A stretch of 64,000 nucleotides of DNA from Haliotis cracherodii (taxonomy: Eukaryota), in assembly GCF_022045235.1 (NCBI RefSeq), contig NW_027266286.1, forward strand, positions 1,319,856 through 1,383,855. Direction: 5' to 3'. The translations under genes were made by a program, and so were the position numbers. Below the pieces are notes generated by a model that saw only the letters and a program-made list of their open reading frames with translations, was not told where the DNA came from and searched no databases. How positions within the stretch are numbered: the stretch's first letter is position 1; each line of letters begins with the position of its first letter. Below are positions 12,873 to 24,993 of this stretch, in pieces.

Positions 12873-13096
12873 GGGGACCACCTTCGTGGTCTAGTGGTAG
12901 AGCGCCCAACCGGAGAGCCAGAGGTCCCGGGTTCAATCCCCAAATGCGTCATACCAAATGACGTTAAAAGGTCGTACTTGTCGTTACCCTGTCTGGCGAT
13001 CTGCATTAAGGGGCTTAAGCAAGGACGAGTCAGTATACTGTGTCTGAGTGGGGTATTCATGTTAAAGTGCGGCATGGTATCTCAGTGGGCTAGCAC
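12873..13096 (+). mobile_element. SINE family D copy; degenerate tRNA-like head (ggtctagtggtagagcgc..gggttcaatcccc)
   Basis: Two more copies in reverse orientation at 16578 and 19231; head cannot fold into a proper cloverleaf (T-stem mismatch), so it is not a tRNA gene. Confidence 0.65.
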
Positions 13097-13370
13097 TATA
13101 AAATCAGCATCAGTCCGGTCTATAACAAGCAGACAGACACACACACGTCACTATATAAGTGGAGAAATCTTGGATGCAATCAAATTCAGTGGCTTGGATG
13201 CAATAGTTTGTCATGTGACAGCCTGTCCCTCCGAGATGCGCAGACAGGCCCCTTGGCACAATCTCTGTAGCTCCATCCCTCCATGCTGTATCGGGAGTTA
13301 CTGTACAGGTAACTTCAAGTGAAAACACTGCTACGAGGCTGCAATTCCCCAAACATCTGAATAGCTCTTC

Positions 13371-13562
13371 AGCAACCCATGCTTGCCGTAAAAGGTGACT
13401 ATGCTTGTCGTAAAAGGCGACTAACGGGATCGGGTGGTCAGGCTCGCTGACTAGGTTGAAGCATGTCATTGATCCCAATTGCTTGGATCCATGCTCATGA
13501 TGTCAATCACTGGATTGTCTGGTCCAGACTCGATTATTTACAGACCGCCGTCATATAGCTGA
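13371..13562 (+). mobile_element. SINE family A copy, 3'-truncated
   Basis: Alignable to family A consensus; shares the 2x 22-bp internal repeat. Confidence 0.65.
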
Positions 13563-14565
13563 CGTCATCCATCCCAACACACAACATCACAACAAATTTA
13601 TAAAATAATTTATTTTAAATATTGTTTTAATGCATACTTGCGGTAACAATGGCGGGTTTTGAGTCTGATATACTAGGATAACAACATAAAATCATGTACA
13701 ACATTGTATATGGAACAAGCTAAAACCAGGAGATGGTTACCTTGGACACATGGTTTGTTACCATGGAAACACAGTTTACCAGGCTCAAACCCAGACAACA
13801 CTGGCCACTGAGTGACCTACTTTTAGTTTCACAGCCTATTGGCGCTGACAAGCCAAGGATGATAGTCAGGGTGAATGGTGGGATGCAAACCCTGGCACAC
13901 GACTCTCAGCAGATAGCATAGTTCTCACCTATACCTAGACGGGTGGAAGTTTGAAGAGAAAGCTTGACCTGAAAATATGACATTGTTTTTCAATTGGTGT
14001 GCAGAACTATTCTTACCCCCCCATGGCGGAACACTGAAACTAACTAACAAACATCAGCTTCAGGGCTAACTGGTAGATGCTCAGTCTGCATCTTACAAAC
14101 CAGTAGTGAATCCTAACAAATAAAAGTCCCGTGATAGGATTCAAACCATGGACCCATCTGGTTGGGTACCTTGTCCTCATGACCAAAGAGGTAAACCGCG
14201 TCAGCAAGCAGACACAATATGGATGCCATCTGTGGGGACGACTCCTCATCCTACTACACACTATTGTTTCAATGTAAGCAACAAGCACACTACCCCTGGA
14301 CTTACAGCAATATGGGATAGAAGAGAACCTACAGATGCAACTGTGTAGCACCGAGTGAAATGATGGTCAGAATGTAGGTGGAGCCAGCTAGAATATAAAC
14401 ACATTTGGCAAAATATTTAACAGTTGGAACTTGAAGGACAGTTGTAGATCCTGTCCCAGTAAACATCACCATCTTTCTCCTGGAGACACCATCTCTGACA
14501 AACTTGACCAATGGTGGACTTAGAACCACCCTTTTTCATTATTTTGCTAAAAAATCCACCTAAGG

Positions 14566-14841
14566 AGTGAGTGAGTTGGGTTTAAAGCTGATTTTAACAG
14601 TATTCCAGTTATATCACGGCGTGTCAGCTTAATGTGGGAGGAAAGCCCCAAGTGATGCAGGTCTCAGACGTTTACCACTTCGATGAAACCCACGAGCACT
14701 GGCATTGTGCTGACAAACCTAGAAACATATTAGGGGCAAACCGGGTTTAAAACCCACAATCATAGGTTTCTGGCGTGCCCAAGGGACGCAATTCTGCCTA
14801 GCAAATTGCGGCGAATAGACGACTGGGCCACCCGTGCCCCC
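14566..14841 (-). mobile_element. SINE family B copy (tRNA-like head at right, (CACT)n tail at left)
   Basis: RC of head gggggcacgggtggcccagtcgtc..gggtt..aacccggtttgcccc is tRNA-like; body shared by at least 7 copies. Confidence 0.75.
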
Positions 14842-14900
14842 TCAACCTAAGGAAACATTAACTCAATTCTGTCTCCAATGGCCGACTCATGGCAGTAAAT

Positions 14901-15172
14901 GAGTGTTAGGGAATTTGGTTTATTGCTGCTTTGAGCAGTATTTCAGTAACATCACGGTGTCGGCTTGATGTGGGAGGAGAGGTAGATGGGAGGCAGGTCT
15001 GAGATGTTTACCACTTTGTTAAAACCCACGAACATGGCATGGTGCTGACAAACTTAGGAACATCTGGGATTAGGTCTGGGATTCGAACCAACAATCACAG
15101 GTGCCTGGTACACCTAAGGGATGCAACTCTGCACAGAGAATTGTGGCGCCTTGGCTAGAGCCATCTGTGTTC
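14901..15172 (-). mobile_element. SINE family B copy (diverged), tandem to the previous copy
   Basis: Consensus match. Confidence 0.6.
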
Positions 15173-16017
15173 CTGTTGTGGTAGTGAAAAATAAAACTGA
15201 AAAACCTTCTCTTTGGAATAAAAGCAATTTGAGAATATGATAACAAAACATGATTATAAACAATATCAAACATTCAACTAATATATACATGTGATAACTG
15301 ATTTATACAATACACAGGACATCCAAGATTCAGCAGCTGACAAAGATGTTATTATATCACAACACACACATTGTTCCTCGACAGAACCTGACAACCATTT
15401 CAGTTTCAAAGACAAATTCTGTTTTCAGGACATTAGAAGAAAAAAACAAATTTCTCTGTTTCCTCAACTCTCGGATTCTGTCGTTTAATTCCCAACTCAG
15501 AATCTTCTGAATTCCAAAACAGCTGTCAATATTATCTCTGTAAATGAACAAATCTGAACAAGTTAACCTACATTTTGTGCATGTGTATTGCACAACAGAT
15601 GTTGAACTTTGAGGGCTATGTTAGGATCCAGTTCTGCTACACGTCCAAGCAGAGAACATCCTAACTGAAAACACAGGGGCAAGAATGTTCTGAAGACGCA
15701 CAGGTAACCTAACTAATGGTTGCAGTCATACGGTCACTTTACTACTGGTTGTAGTGAGTGAGAGTATGGTTTTACGCCGCTTTCAGGAATATTCCAGAAT
15801 TATCACGGCAGGGGACACCAGAAATGTAAGAGTATGGTTAACAATGTTTTGGCATTATTTCCACAATGTCATGGCAGAAGACTCCCAGGATGAGTTTCAC
15901 AGACTGCAACCAGTTCTTTAACCAAAGACAGATCTTGTGTTGCGGCACACTTCAACCACGAGGCTTCCAAAATCCCCATTGCAAGATAGACCTTCATCCC
16001 CGACACACAGAGCTCCG

Positions 16018-16190
16018 CTAGCATCTGCTGGCTCCAGACACTGGGTCCTTGTCCAGCACACCGTTTGTCTCCCTTGGAGAGGATGGCGGGATGCATGCTG
16101 GGACTCCAGTGATGCTGAGCGTGGATCCAGCACCAAACTTCATGGGGATGTAGCCGTCGATGTTGGCACCAAGAACACAGGGGTCACCAT
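16018..16190 (-). CDS. Probable terminal coding exon (D-GDPCVLGANIDGYIPMKFGAGSTLSITGVPACIPPSSPRETNGVLDKDPVSGASRC*)
   Basis: Acceptor tatgttgtcag|; phase fits E12; in-frame TAG at 16018-16020; no convincing donor before the stop. Confidence 0.4.
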
Positions 16191-16577
16191 CTGACAACAT
16201 AGCAGGATAACAACACTATACAAACCAGTAGGACATTAACAACGGAAGCATGGAGCTAGCATGTTTAATAAGTGTTGATTATGAATAAAACAGCGTTGAT
16301 GGAAGGTCCAAATAATTAATTTAATTTTAACTTTACTCCTGACCTTATTTGACCCTTGATAACATGAAGGCAGGTCAATTGATAGTTGATATTTGTTGAT
16401 GTGTTTTGTGACCGTGACATATAAAAGTGAGGGACACATACAAAATCATGTGTCTACCTCTTGCACTATTGCAGAAAACTGATCCCAAGCCTGGAAGGGA
16501 GTTGAGGAGAAACGGGGCTTAACGTCGCATCCAAGATTATAGCACTTATATATCCACGTGCATGCACGTGTGTGTGT

Positions 16578-16809
16578 GGCTCCTTGTACTGAGATACCAT
16601 GCCGCAGTTTAACATGAATACCGCACACAGACACAGTATACTGACTCAGAGACAACCAGTCCTTGTTTTTGTCCCTTACTGCTGAGCGCCAGGCAGGTTA
16701 ACAACAAGTATCATCTTTTAACGTCTTTTGGTATAACGAGGACAGGGATTGAACCCCAGACCTTCCTCACTCTGGGCAGATGCTTTACGGCTAGACCACA
16801 GAGGTGGTC
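16578..16809 (-). mobile_element. SINE family D copy
   Basis: Consensus match. Confidence 0.6.
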
Positions 16810-16966
16810 ATTGGCTGTAAGTTACATGTTTGGTGACAAAAACAATATGTCTCCCCTCCCTTTGGGGTGGGAGAGGAAGACGTAATGGGGGAAACATTAA
16901 AACAATCCAACTGATCCCAGCCATGACTTGTGTGATGGCTGGCAGTGACAAGTCTGCCGTACTCAC

Positions 16967-17098
16967 CCATGATCAGCTCCACGGTGGCCAGACCGAACGC
17001 TTGTTTGACAGGGTCCAGCTGCAGTCTGCCGGTGTCCAACAGGAACGACCTTGTCAGCGTGTGGCCATCAGACGTCTCGTAGATAACCTTCACCTTCT
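16967..17098 (-). CDS. Exon E12 (E-KVKVIYETSDGHTLTRSFLLDTGRLQLDPVKQAFGLATVELIM)
   Basis: Acceptor tctctcag|, donor |GTGAGT; phase continuous. Confidence 0.6.
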
Positions 17099-17635
17099 CT
17101 GAGAGATACAAGAACAGAGTCCAGTTTCACAAACATCAAAACAAGGCAATAACAAATCTCTGAAACCTACTTCAATGACTTGAGGACACTGATACTAAGT
17201 GCTTTCATCAACCCGACAAAAACGGAATGTAAACTTGAAATGTTTCCTTACTCTAAACTATCAAACAGAAACTTTCTAGACATCATAGATATGCTCAATT
17301 TGTTTGAAGTGAGTCAGAGCTAATGTATCTTTGAACAGTATTTGAGCAACATGACAGAGTGTCAGCTTAATGTTGGAGGAGAGCCAACAGTGATGTAAAA
17401 GGTGGACTTTGAACAACATTTGAAAAAGCAAAGATCAGGGCATACACGGATCACTTGATGAGAACCATGATTAGCAGAACCTGACTCGGCCAAGGGGAGG
17501 TAACTCCCCACAGTTACTTGTGGTACTTTTGATCACTTGGCATCCAGCACCCCTTGGCTACAAACTTGCACAACTGATTTCGAAATGAAAGACGAAGGAC
17601 TCCCAAGTAGGAATTATTGAAAGACTGAAACTTAC

Positions 17636-17757
17636 CTGGTCTCTCGGGAGTCTGGTACTTGGTTGGGAATATACACGATGTATCTTCGACAGCTCTAGAA
17701 CAGATGGGAGGGACATTAATTACATCCTCCATCACCTCGACATCAGCTTGCTTCACA
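17636..17757 (-). CDS. Exon E11 (H-VKQADVEVMEDVINVPPICSRAVEDTSCIFPTKYQTPERP)
   Basis: Acceptor tatatatcctgag| lies inside the first unit of a 61-bp tandem repeat; donor |GTAAGT; phase continuous. Confidence 0.55.
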
Positions 17758-17942
17758 CTCAGGATATATATAACACTTTACACATTCAGATAACATCTTC
17801 AGATATTAGTGGTAGCTACTCAGGATACATATAACACTTTACACATTCAGATAACATCTTTAGAAATTAGTGGTAGCTACTCAGGATACATATAACACTT
17901 TACACATTCAGATAACATCTTCAGATATTAGTGGTAGCTACT
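17756..17942. repeat. 61-bp tandem repeat x3, starting at the E11 acceptor site
   Basis: ctcaggatacatataacactttacacattcagataacatcttcagatattagtggtagcta. Confidence 0.8.
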
Positions 17943-17984
17943 CAAACAGTCCATGTGTGGTTGGTAGGATAGACAAGTGGTTAT

Positions 17985-18245
17985 AGTGAGTGAGTGAGTT
18001 TGGTTTACAACCGCTTTTAACAATATTTCAGTTATATAACGGTATATCAGCTTAATGTTACAGGGAAGCTTGAAGTGATGCAGGTCTCAGACGTTTACCA
18101 CTTTGAAACCCACAAGCACAGGTATGGCGCTGACAAACCAAGAAACATAATCGGGACGAACTGGGATTCGAACCCACAATCACAGGGACACAACTCTGCA
18201 CAGTGAACTGCGGCCCCTTAGATGACTGGGCCACCCGTGCCCCCT
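17985..18245 (-). mobile_element. SINE family B copy (intronic)
   Basis: Consensus match. Confidence 0.7.
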
Positions 18246-18529
18246 AGTGGTTGTGTTGATTTATCTCACCAAAGACTGAGTTCTGTTACCTTTTGAGTCA
18301 AATGTGTCCCCCACATGCTTTAAGTTGAACAAACCCATGTACAGTCAACTACTGTTATATCGAACCCAAAGGGACCCGAATTGTAGTTTGTTAAAACCAT
18401 AGTTTGTTATAAGCATATATACAGCAAATGTCCGGGACCAAAAAATATATTTGTTATATCCGTCACTTCGTCATAAGCGTGTTTGTTAGAAACGTAGTTT
18501 ACTTCACCAAGTTAGAGATCCATACTTAC

Positions 18530-18576
18530 TGGGATAACACATCGATTTTCTTCTGCAATGCAGCAATCTGATCTTT
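18530..18576 (-). CDS. Exon E10 (KDQIAALQKKIDVLS-), short coiled-coil-like
   Basis: Acceptor tgtctttcag|, donor |GTAAGT; phase 0 to phase 2, completed by the first base of E11. Confidence 0.5.
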
Positions 18577-19230
18577 CTGAAAGACACAAGTAATAAACAA
18601 ATGATATTAATAACACCATGGGGAAAACACGTTTTCCAGTTCCTTGTTTATACTAGCACACCTGCAGGTGCCACATCAGTTTCAACACTGAATGAGTTAA
18701 AACACACTTAATGTTGCATCAGCATTATTCCAGCCATACAGCAAGGAAAAGTCTAAAACAGGAACTTATGCGAGTACTCTCTAACAGTTTACCCCCTGGG
18801 GATTCGGGGATCAAATTGGTCCCCATGTGTGTCGTATGGGGCATCTACATGGACCAGGTGACTTCGTTGATTATGTGTCATCGTACCACCAAGTGTGGGA
18901 GATTGATTGTACCAGTAATCACTGAACTGTCAACTGAAAAATGATGAAGTTGCATCTTCAGCAAACAAACAGTACTTGTGGATAACCTGCTGTATCATTC
19001 CTTCAGGTAATGTGTCATCAAGACTGACGTGAATCCTCTCCTCTCACTCCTCACCTCTTATCAGTATTTCTTCAAACAATTTTTCATAATATTAATCTTC
19101 ATACCGATATATATTAGTCAATCCCTAATTGTTTCACACTCTCAAGTGACAACCCTAACCCTAACCAATTGTAGTTTTAGTTTTATTTTATTATCAACAC
19201 TGAAACCTGATTAACCCAGACAGTTTCATA

Positions 19231-19445
19231 GTGCTAGCCCACTGAGGTCACATGTTGCAGTTTAACTTGGACACCCCACACAGACACCGTATATTACAAC
19301 GCACCAGTGCTTGTTTTAGCCCCTTAATGCCTAAAGCCAGACAGGGTAACATCAAGTACCATCTCTTAATGTCTATTGGTATGACATGGGGATCAAACAA
19401 CCCATCTTCTGCTCTCCTGGCAGACGCTCTAACAACCACACAACC
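19231..19445 (-). mobile_element. SINE family D copy (intronic)
   Basis: Consensus match. Confidence 0.6.
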
Positions 19446-19578
19446 AAATGATGGATCTGGGGCAATATCCTTTGTAAACATAGAGCATCCTAAGGTATAC
19501 AGCAGGGTTTCCAAGCTCGATTCCCTTCAGCTTACTCGGTGGAAACAATAAGACTTCGACTTAGTCTTGGATACTGAC

Positions 19579-20135
19579 CTGTGACCTGACAAGCATTGCC
19601 AGCTGGTCACAACCGGTTTCGTCTTGGCTGTCTACACTGGCGGAGTTGCCAGGATCGGAGAGGGAGTCCTCCATCACACAGCCATAATCCCTCTCCTCTC
19701 TCGTCGCACATTTCAGATCACTCGGCAAATCCAGCTCAATGTCCGTGGTCACACTGCGACACCCATTCACTCGGCCCCCATTGTCCACAGAATCAAAGAA
19801 CTTATCCACATGGGAATTCTGGAACTTGGGAGTCTGACTTGAAAATTGCACAGTTTCCGTTTCGAGATTTTCTGTCTTTCCATTAGCACCGAGGTCGACT
19901 ACAAGTCTATGGGTGTCCCCCCCATCTCTGGAAGACTGGGGGGGAGAGGGGACTGACATCTTGACATTACTAGCATAAGGAACATCCTCTGAAGGGGGGG
20001 TAACTCTGGACTTGGCAGGAGTCCTGGTAGGGAGGTTGGAGCCACTCAGACTCTTGATCTTCTGTTCTTGTTGCTTGGTGTCAGACGTCAAGTTGTTGGG
20101 CATCACAGAGTAACTATTACGAAGGTGAGATTTAT
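19579..20135 (-). CDS. Exon E9, large Ser/Pro-rich low-complexity exon (D-KSHLRNSYSVMPNNLTSDTKQQEQ..SPPQSSRDGG..CDQLAMLVRSQ)
   Basis: Acceptor ctttcag|, donor cacag|GTCAGT; 557 nt open frame, not repeat-derived; looks like a disordered linker. Confidence 0.6.
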
Positions 20136-20246
20136 CTGAAAGTTCAAAGAGTTATGCAGCTTTAACAGTGTGATAGGGAACCAACTCAAAGAGAAGCAGG
20201 TTATGCAAACTTTGGCCGTGTGATTCAAGCAGACAGATATCATTTT

Positions 20247-20480
20247 GTTTGTTTGTTCGTTTGTTGTTTAATGCCGCACTCAGCAATATTCCAGATATAT
20301 GACGGCGATCTGTCAAGTCTGGACCAGACAATCCAGTGATAGACATCATGAGCATCGATCCACACAATTTAGATATGATGACATGCATCAACCAAGTCAG
20401 CAAGCCTGAAAAACCTGATCCTGTAGGTCGCCTCTTATGACAAACATAGTCGCCTTTTACGGCAAGCATGGGTTGCTGCA
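20247..20480 (-). mobile_element. SINE family A copy (intronic)
   Basis: (TTTG)n tail + core ttgttgtttaatgccgcactcagcaatattccag + body. Confidence 0.7.
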
Positions 20481-20591
20481 GACAGAGATATTGGAATCAA
20501 ACTTCTGGAGAAGATGTCAATAAACAACTTTATATGACTGATATGCTACAGCAGTTACCATGACAACTACAGCGACACATCTATTTCTTAC

Positions 20592-20769
20592 CTATTTTGA
20601 TTGGGAAGTATCTGATGAGTAGTGTAAACCGTGCTTCATTAGTGGATGAAGGAAAAGCTGAATCAGCAATATCTCCCTCGCCAACCATCACCAGGACCCC
20701 AGAGTTTGTCTGGGCAAAGAGGGGGGGCAATCTACAGGATCCCTTGGGCCGCTGATGTTTCTCAAGTTG
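20592..20769 (-). CDS. Exon E8b (QLEKHQRPKGSCRLPPLFAQTNSGVLVMVGEGDIADSAFPSSTNEARFTLLIRYFPIKI)
   Basis: Acceptor atgtttcag|, donor |GTAAGA; required to restore phase between E8 and E9; flanked by SINE-A and SINE-C insertions in the introns. Confidence 0.55.
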
Positions 20770-20885
20770 CTGAAACATTGATGAATCAGTGACAGGTCTG
20801 GGCCAAGATGTTGGGAAGCCATTCTGACGTGACCCGTAACTTTATCTTATGTGCAGGAACATGTCAACACTGTGCTAGCTGAAGG

Positions 20886-21055
20886 GTGAGTGAGTGAATT
20901 TTGTTTAACGCCGCTTTTAGTACTATTCCAGCAATATTCCAGCAATATCACGGCGGGGGACACCATGAGCTTTACACATTGAACCAAATCGAGGAATCAA
21001 ACCCGGACCTTTAGCGTGAGGAGCGAATGCTTTAACCACTAGGCTAACCCACCAC
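20886..21055 (-). mobile_element. SINE family C copy (intronic)
   Basis: RC head gtggtgggttagcctagtggttaaagcattcgctcctcacgctaaaggtccgggtttgattcc is tRNA-like; shared core ..attccagcaatatcacggcggggg.. Confidence 0.65.
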
Positions 21056-21124
21056 ATCTGCTAGCTGAAGAGGACACTAGGATGAGTAAGGCTGTTACAG
21101 ACAAGGACAAAACAGAATACTCAC

Positions 21125-21220
21125 AATATCCGAAACTTTGTGTAACTCTTCACCCAGGAAGGTGAAGATCTGTAAGAGACTCTGGTTGTTGCTACCAACG
21201 ATGATGGAGTTGGTCCGGTG
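21125..21220 (-). CDS. Exon E8 (HRTNSIIVGSNNQSLLQIFTFLGEELHKVSDI)
   Basis: Acceptor ttttcacacag|, donor |GTGAGT; 96 nt, phase 0 to phase 0. Confidence 0.6.
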
Positions 21221-21317
21221 CTGTGTGAAAATATTAAAGAATTAAATACAGAGAACACATGCAGCGTGGAGGAACAGTAGAACACTGAGAGAAACTCCCA
21301 GCACTTCCGTCATCTGA

Positions 21318-21520
21318 TTGTTTGTTGTTTAACGCTGCAATTAGCACTATTCCAGCTATATGACGGAGGTCTGTAAATAATCTGGACCAGACAATCCAGT
21401 GATTGATATTGTGAACAATGTTCCACTCCACTGGGGTATGATGACATGTTACCATCACCAACACCAAGTCTGACCACCCGATCCCTTGGTCGCCACTTAC
21501 GAACATCATGGTGGGGTCTT
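21318..21520 (-). mobile_element. SINE family A copy (intronic)
   Basis: Consensus match. Confidence 0.65.
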
Positions 21521-21629
21521 GTTATCTCCTCGTATCTCCACAGGGCCAATTAATTAAATATGTCAGTTGCAAATGATCAAAATTTAAAAAAGCTGAAAAG
21601 AATGAGTATTTTTATAAATGTCCACCAAC

Positions 21630-21762
21630 CTCATGTGTAAGCACGTCTGGCACCAGGACGCCCCGGATGTTGGTTCGGCTGACTACGCTTGGATCCTGCA
21701 GCTTGTTGTGGAGTCGGATCACCACCAACTGGGACGTATCCTGCACCAGGCTCTGCACATCA
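21630..21762 (-). CDS. Exon E7 (SLVQDTSQLVVIRLHNKLQDPSVVSRTNIRGVLVPDVLTHE); donor position uncertain
   Basis: Stop-free frame and acceptor ..gatgtgcag|; the only available donor (gag|GTTGGT) is weak, so the 3' boundary is tentative. Confidence 0.4.
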
Positions 21763-21847
21763 CCATGGCAACACAATTTAATTCAACTTCAAAACCAGTA
21801 TTTGCCACTTTAGTTGTTTAACTACCGTGGTATCTCTACAGGTGAAG

Positions 21848-22335
21848 CACAAGACAATGGAGCCACGAGCTGGTAATGTTTCTAGGACAAGACAATGGAG
21901 CCACTAGCTAGTAATGTTTCTAGGCCAAGACAATGGAGCCACTAGCTAGTAATGTTTCCAGGCCAAGACAATGGTGCCACTAGCTAGTAATGTTTCTAGG
22001 ACAAGACAATGGTGCCACTAGCTGGTAATCTTTCTAGGACAAGACAATGGAGCCACTAGCTGGTAATCTTTCTAGGACAAGACAATGGTGCCACTAGCTG
22101 GTAATGTTTCTAGGACAAGACAATGGAGCCACTAGATGGTTATGTTTCTAGGACAAGACAATGGTGCCACTAGCTGGTAATGTTTCTAGGACAAGACAAT
22201 GGTGCCACTAGATGGTTATGTTTCTAGGACAAGACAATGGTGCCACTAGCTGGTAATGTTTCTAGGACATGACAATGGAGCCACTAGCTGGTAATGTTTC
22301 TAGGACAAGACAATGGTGCCACTAATGTTTCTATG
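21848..22335. repeat. 34-bp minisatellite, about 14 copies (intronic)
   Basis: ggacaagacaatgg(a/t)gccactagctggtaatgtttcta. Confidence 0.85.
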
Positions 22336-22360
22336 ATCAACCAGTTAGAGCTGATCCTAC

Positions 22361-22476
22361 CTGTGGATTTCTCTCCAGGTGCATGAGGCTATCCTTGACC
22401 GACACCTCTCTCCCTCTTGGGGCGATCACATCATCAGATCCGTTCATGGCACGGTCCTTGCTAGAGCTCACCACAT
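22361..22476 (-). CDS. Exon E6 (D-VVSSSKDRAMNGSDDVIAPRGREVSVKDSLMHLERNPQ)
   Basis: Acceptor tctatttcag|, donor cag|GTAGGA; phase continuous. Confidence 0.55.
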
Positions 22477-22973
22477 CTGAAATAGACGTTCACAATGACC
22501 TGCATTGTTCTTTAAATTCTTTTGAGTATTATATATGTCACATGATCTGAGTCTGGAGGAGACAAACCAGTGGATGACGGCATGAACAACATTCCACAAC
22601 AGTGATAACCACGTCACACTATGGTCCTATCTAAGTCAACTTTTACTACAAGCAAAATGACACATTCTGCTGAAAATATCTAAAATATCTAATCTAAAAT
22701 ACTGTATTTCCTCTAATAAGCACTCCTGCTTATTCTTTGCACCAAACCCCATGGATAAAAAGGCCTGACAGTAACTGGAGACCTGGCGTATAACATAAAA
22801 GATCAGAGGTGCTAAAACGGGATCCTTTATTACTAACCTTTCCTTTATTCCAGGCGAAATCTAACACACCCAATGCTCATAAGAGACCCTGTAGTTATTG
22901 TGGCTCTATTAGAGACCTATTATAGGAAATATGGTCATTTATATCTGCACAACAATGGTGTGGTGTTAAATAC

Positions 22974-23086
22974 CTGGCACAACAAACATATCTTGTTGTT
23001 TGCAGAGGGACTCCAAGGGCAACTCGGTCGCACACACAAGGGAATCACGGGACAGCGTCACGATGGAGGTGATGTTGCCGTCCAGG
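22974..23086 (-). CDS. Exon E5 (G-LDGNITSIVTLSRDSLVCATELPLESLCKQQDMFVVP)
   Basis: Acceptor tatgttgcag|, donor |GTATTT; phase continuous. Confidence 0.55.
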
Positions 23087-23206
23087 CTGCAACATATCAA
23101 CAAACATCCTCACTGCCGTGACTAGCATGAGCAAGGCAACACACACGTGGAACAATGACTCCACACAAGCATTGCTGCGATTAAGGCAGACACTGTTCGT
23201 GTGATA

Positions 23207-23420
23207 TTTGTTTGTTGTTGACCACATACTCGGCAATATTCCAGCTATATGACAACAGCCTGTAAACAATCAAATCTGGACCAGACAAACCAGTGATCGA
23301 TATTATGAGCACCACCCCTCACAATGGTGTAAAATGATTGTGGGGGTACCCAAGTCACAGAGTCTAACCTCCCGATGTATTTAGTCGCTGCGGACCTTTT
23401 CTAGCCCAGAATCCTAACAG
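23207..23420 (-). mobile_element. SINE family A copy (intronic)
   Basis: Consensus match. Confidence 0.65.
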
Positions 23421-24460
23421 GGGAAACGTGACAATGTTGACCGACTATGAAATGACATCACAATATTGATGACACGAAACCCAAGTACATATTAAGACAA
23501 CATTGTTATTAATTTTTCCTTATGACCTGTACTTTACTTAACGTCCAGTTTTACAAACAAGGTATTGATGACACTTCCAACACACAAACACAACTCCTGT
23601 TCTTCACTAAAACTAATAATCAAGTGAGGGTGACAAATAGATTATTACAGTGGTGTTAATTGTGTTTTATTGTATGATAAACAACTCCCACTCGTGTATT
23701 TCTCAAATACACAGATGCCAACTTGTTCTTAACAATGACATATATGACTTTTATTCCCCCTTTGGGTGCTGGAGTCAGTAAGTGGTACACTGTTGCAGCT
23801 TTCCACAACAAAATACAGGACCTTCTTATAGCTTATACACCAGTCTATTGTGTGCAAACAGTAAGGATGGTCTGTGGATGTAGGTCAACCCGATGAATGG
23901 ATGTTGACTGAAACATAACGTTTTATGTGGGATGTTGTACAGCTTGCACAGCAACACTCAATCCATAGGGGGATTATATACTACTGACTGGGAGAACCAC
24001 ATCTGGACGCCATTTGTCACTGTAAACTAGTCTACATATAGATTTCTGGATTTATAGTGTGCAGTATATATTATGTGTGTACTCTAGACCCTAACAAAGC
24101 TTTACACCAACAGTAACATGTCCATCTGAAACAACATTTTCATAAGATTTTTCAAAATCTTGTAAACATAGACTTTTTTTAATCAGCTGGTCTTCATAAC
24201 AGAAGCATCTTCCGATGTAAGTCATTCAAGGGGGCACAAAAATTATGATTGTAATAATTCATAAATACTTTTCATAATTAAAATGCTTTCTATAAACCTT
24301 GCTTTCATGACAGAAAACACACCTGTGGTACATAATAACACTGACACACACATTATCAAGACAACAGAGGCAGACCACATTTAATATAACTTGAACTGTG
24401 AGAACCACCCTAATGTACTGAGGACACAGTGAATCACCACCCTGGTTTCTGATGCCTTAC

Positions 24461-24528
24461 CCCGGGACCTTCCAGGCTGCAGGGGTGAAGTCCGACATGG
24501 ATGTCTCTATGTCTGGCCACATGTACAC
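24461..24528 (-). CDS. Exon E4 (VYMWPDIETSMSDFTPAAWKVP)
   Basis: Acceptor tgttccag|, donor |GTAAGG; phase continuous into E5. Confidence 0.55.
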
Positions 24529-24857
24529 CTGGAACACAGGTACATCACATACAAACTATTTCTACACAAAGATGAATATCAAACATAAAAACAGGCAAAC
24601 CGGTGGTTGATAGCATGAGCAATGGTTGCTGCAATCGGGTAGGATTTCACAAAATCACCCAGTCCTCCAGAAGGGGTATTGGAGACTTATTCTGCCCTTG
24701 AATACCTACAGGGGAACAAACACTGTCTGCTGGGGACCTATTCTGCCCAGGACCCCATGTTGTGTAATTCAGTATAAGATCAATCTAATTACAATCACAT
24801 CTTTACTCTGAGGTCCTGTCAGGTGACCTTTCTAATCAATGTCAAGGTTTCTTGGTA

Positions 24858-24993
24858 TGCGTGAGCGCAGTGAGTGTGTGAGTGAGTGAGTATGGTTTTA
24901 TGCCGCTTTTATCAATATTCCAGCAATATCATGGCGGGGGACACCAGACATGGGCTTCACACATTGTACCAATAACCACTAGGCTACTCCACA
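24858..24993 (-). mobile_element. SINE family C copy (internally deleted)
   Basis: Consensus match. Confidence 0.55.

Noticed and set aside
12873-12960. Possible tRNA gene (ggtctagtggtagagcgc...gggttcaatcccc)
   Set aside because: No anticodon stem can be drawn. The T-stem is mismatched. The same sequence continues into a ~220-bp body shared with two other copies. It is a SINE head, not a tRNA.
12813-13322. 169-aa plus-strand ORF
   Set aside because: Spans the SINE-D copy and flanking low-complexity sequence. No splice signals or conservation. Spurious.
21624-21635. Donor of exon E7
   Set aside because: Only GTTGGT or GTGGAC are available before an in-frame stop. The exon is kept, but its 3' boundary is explicitly low confidence. 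A micro-exon or non-canonical site may exist.
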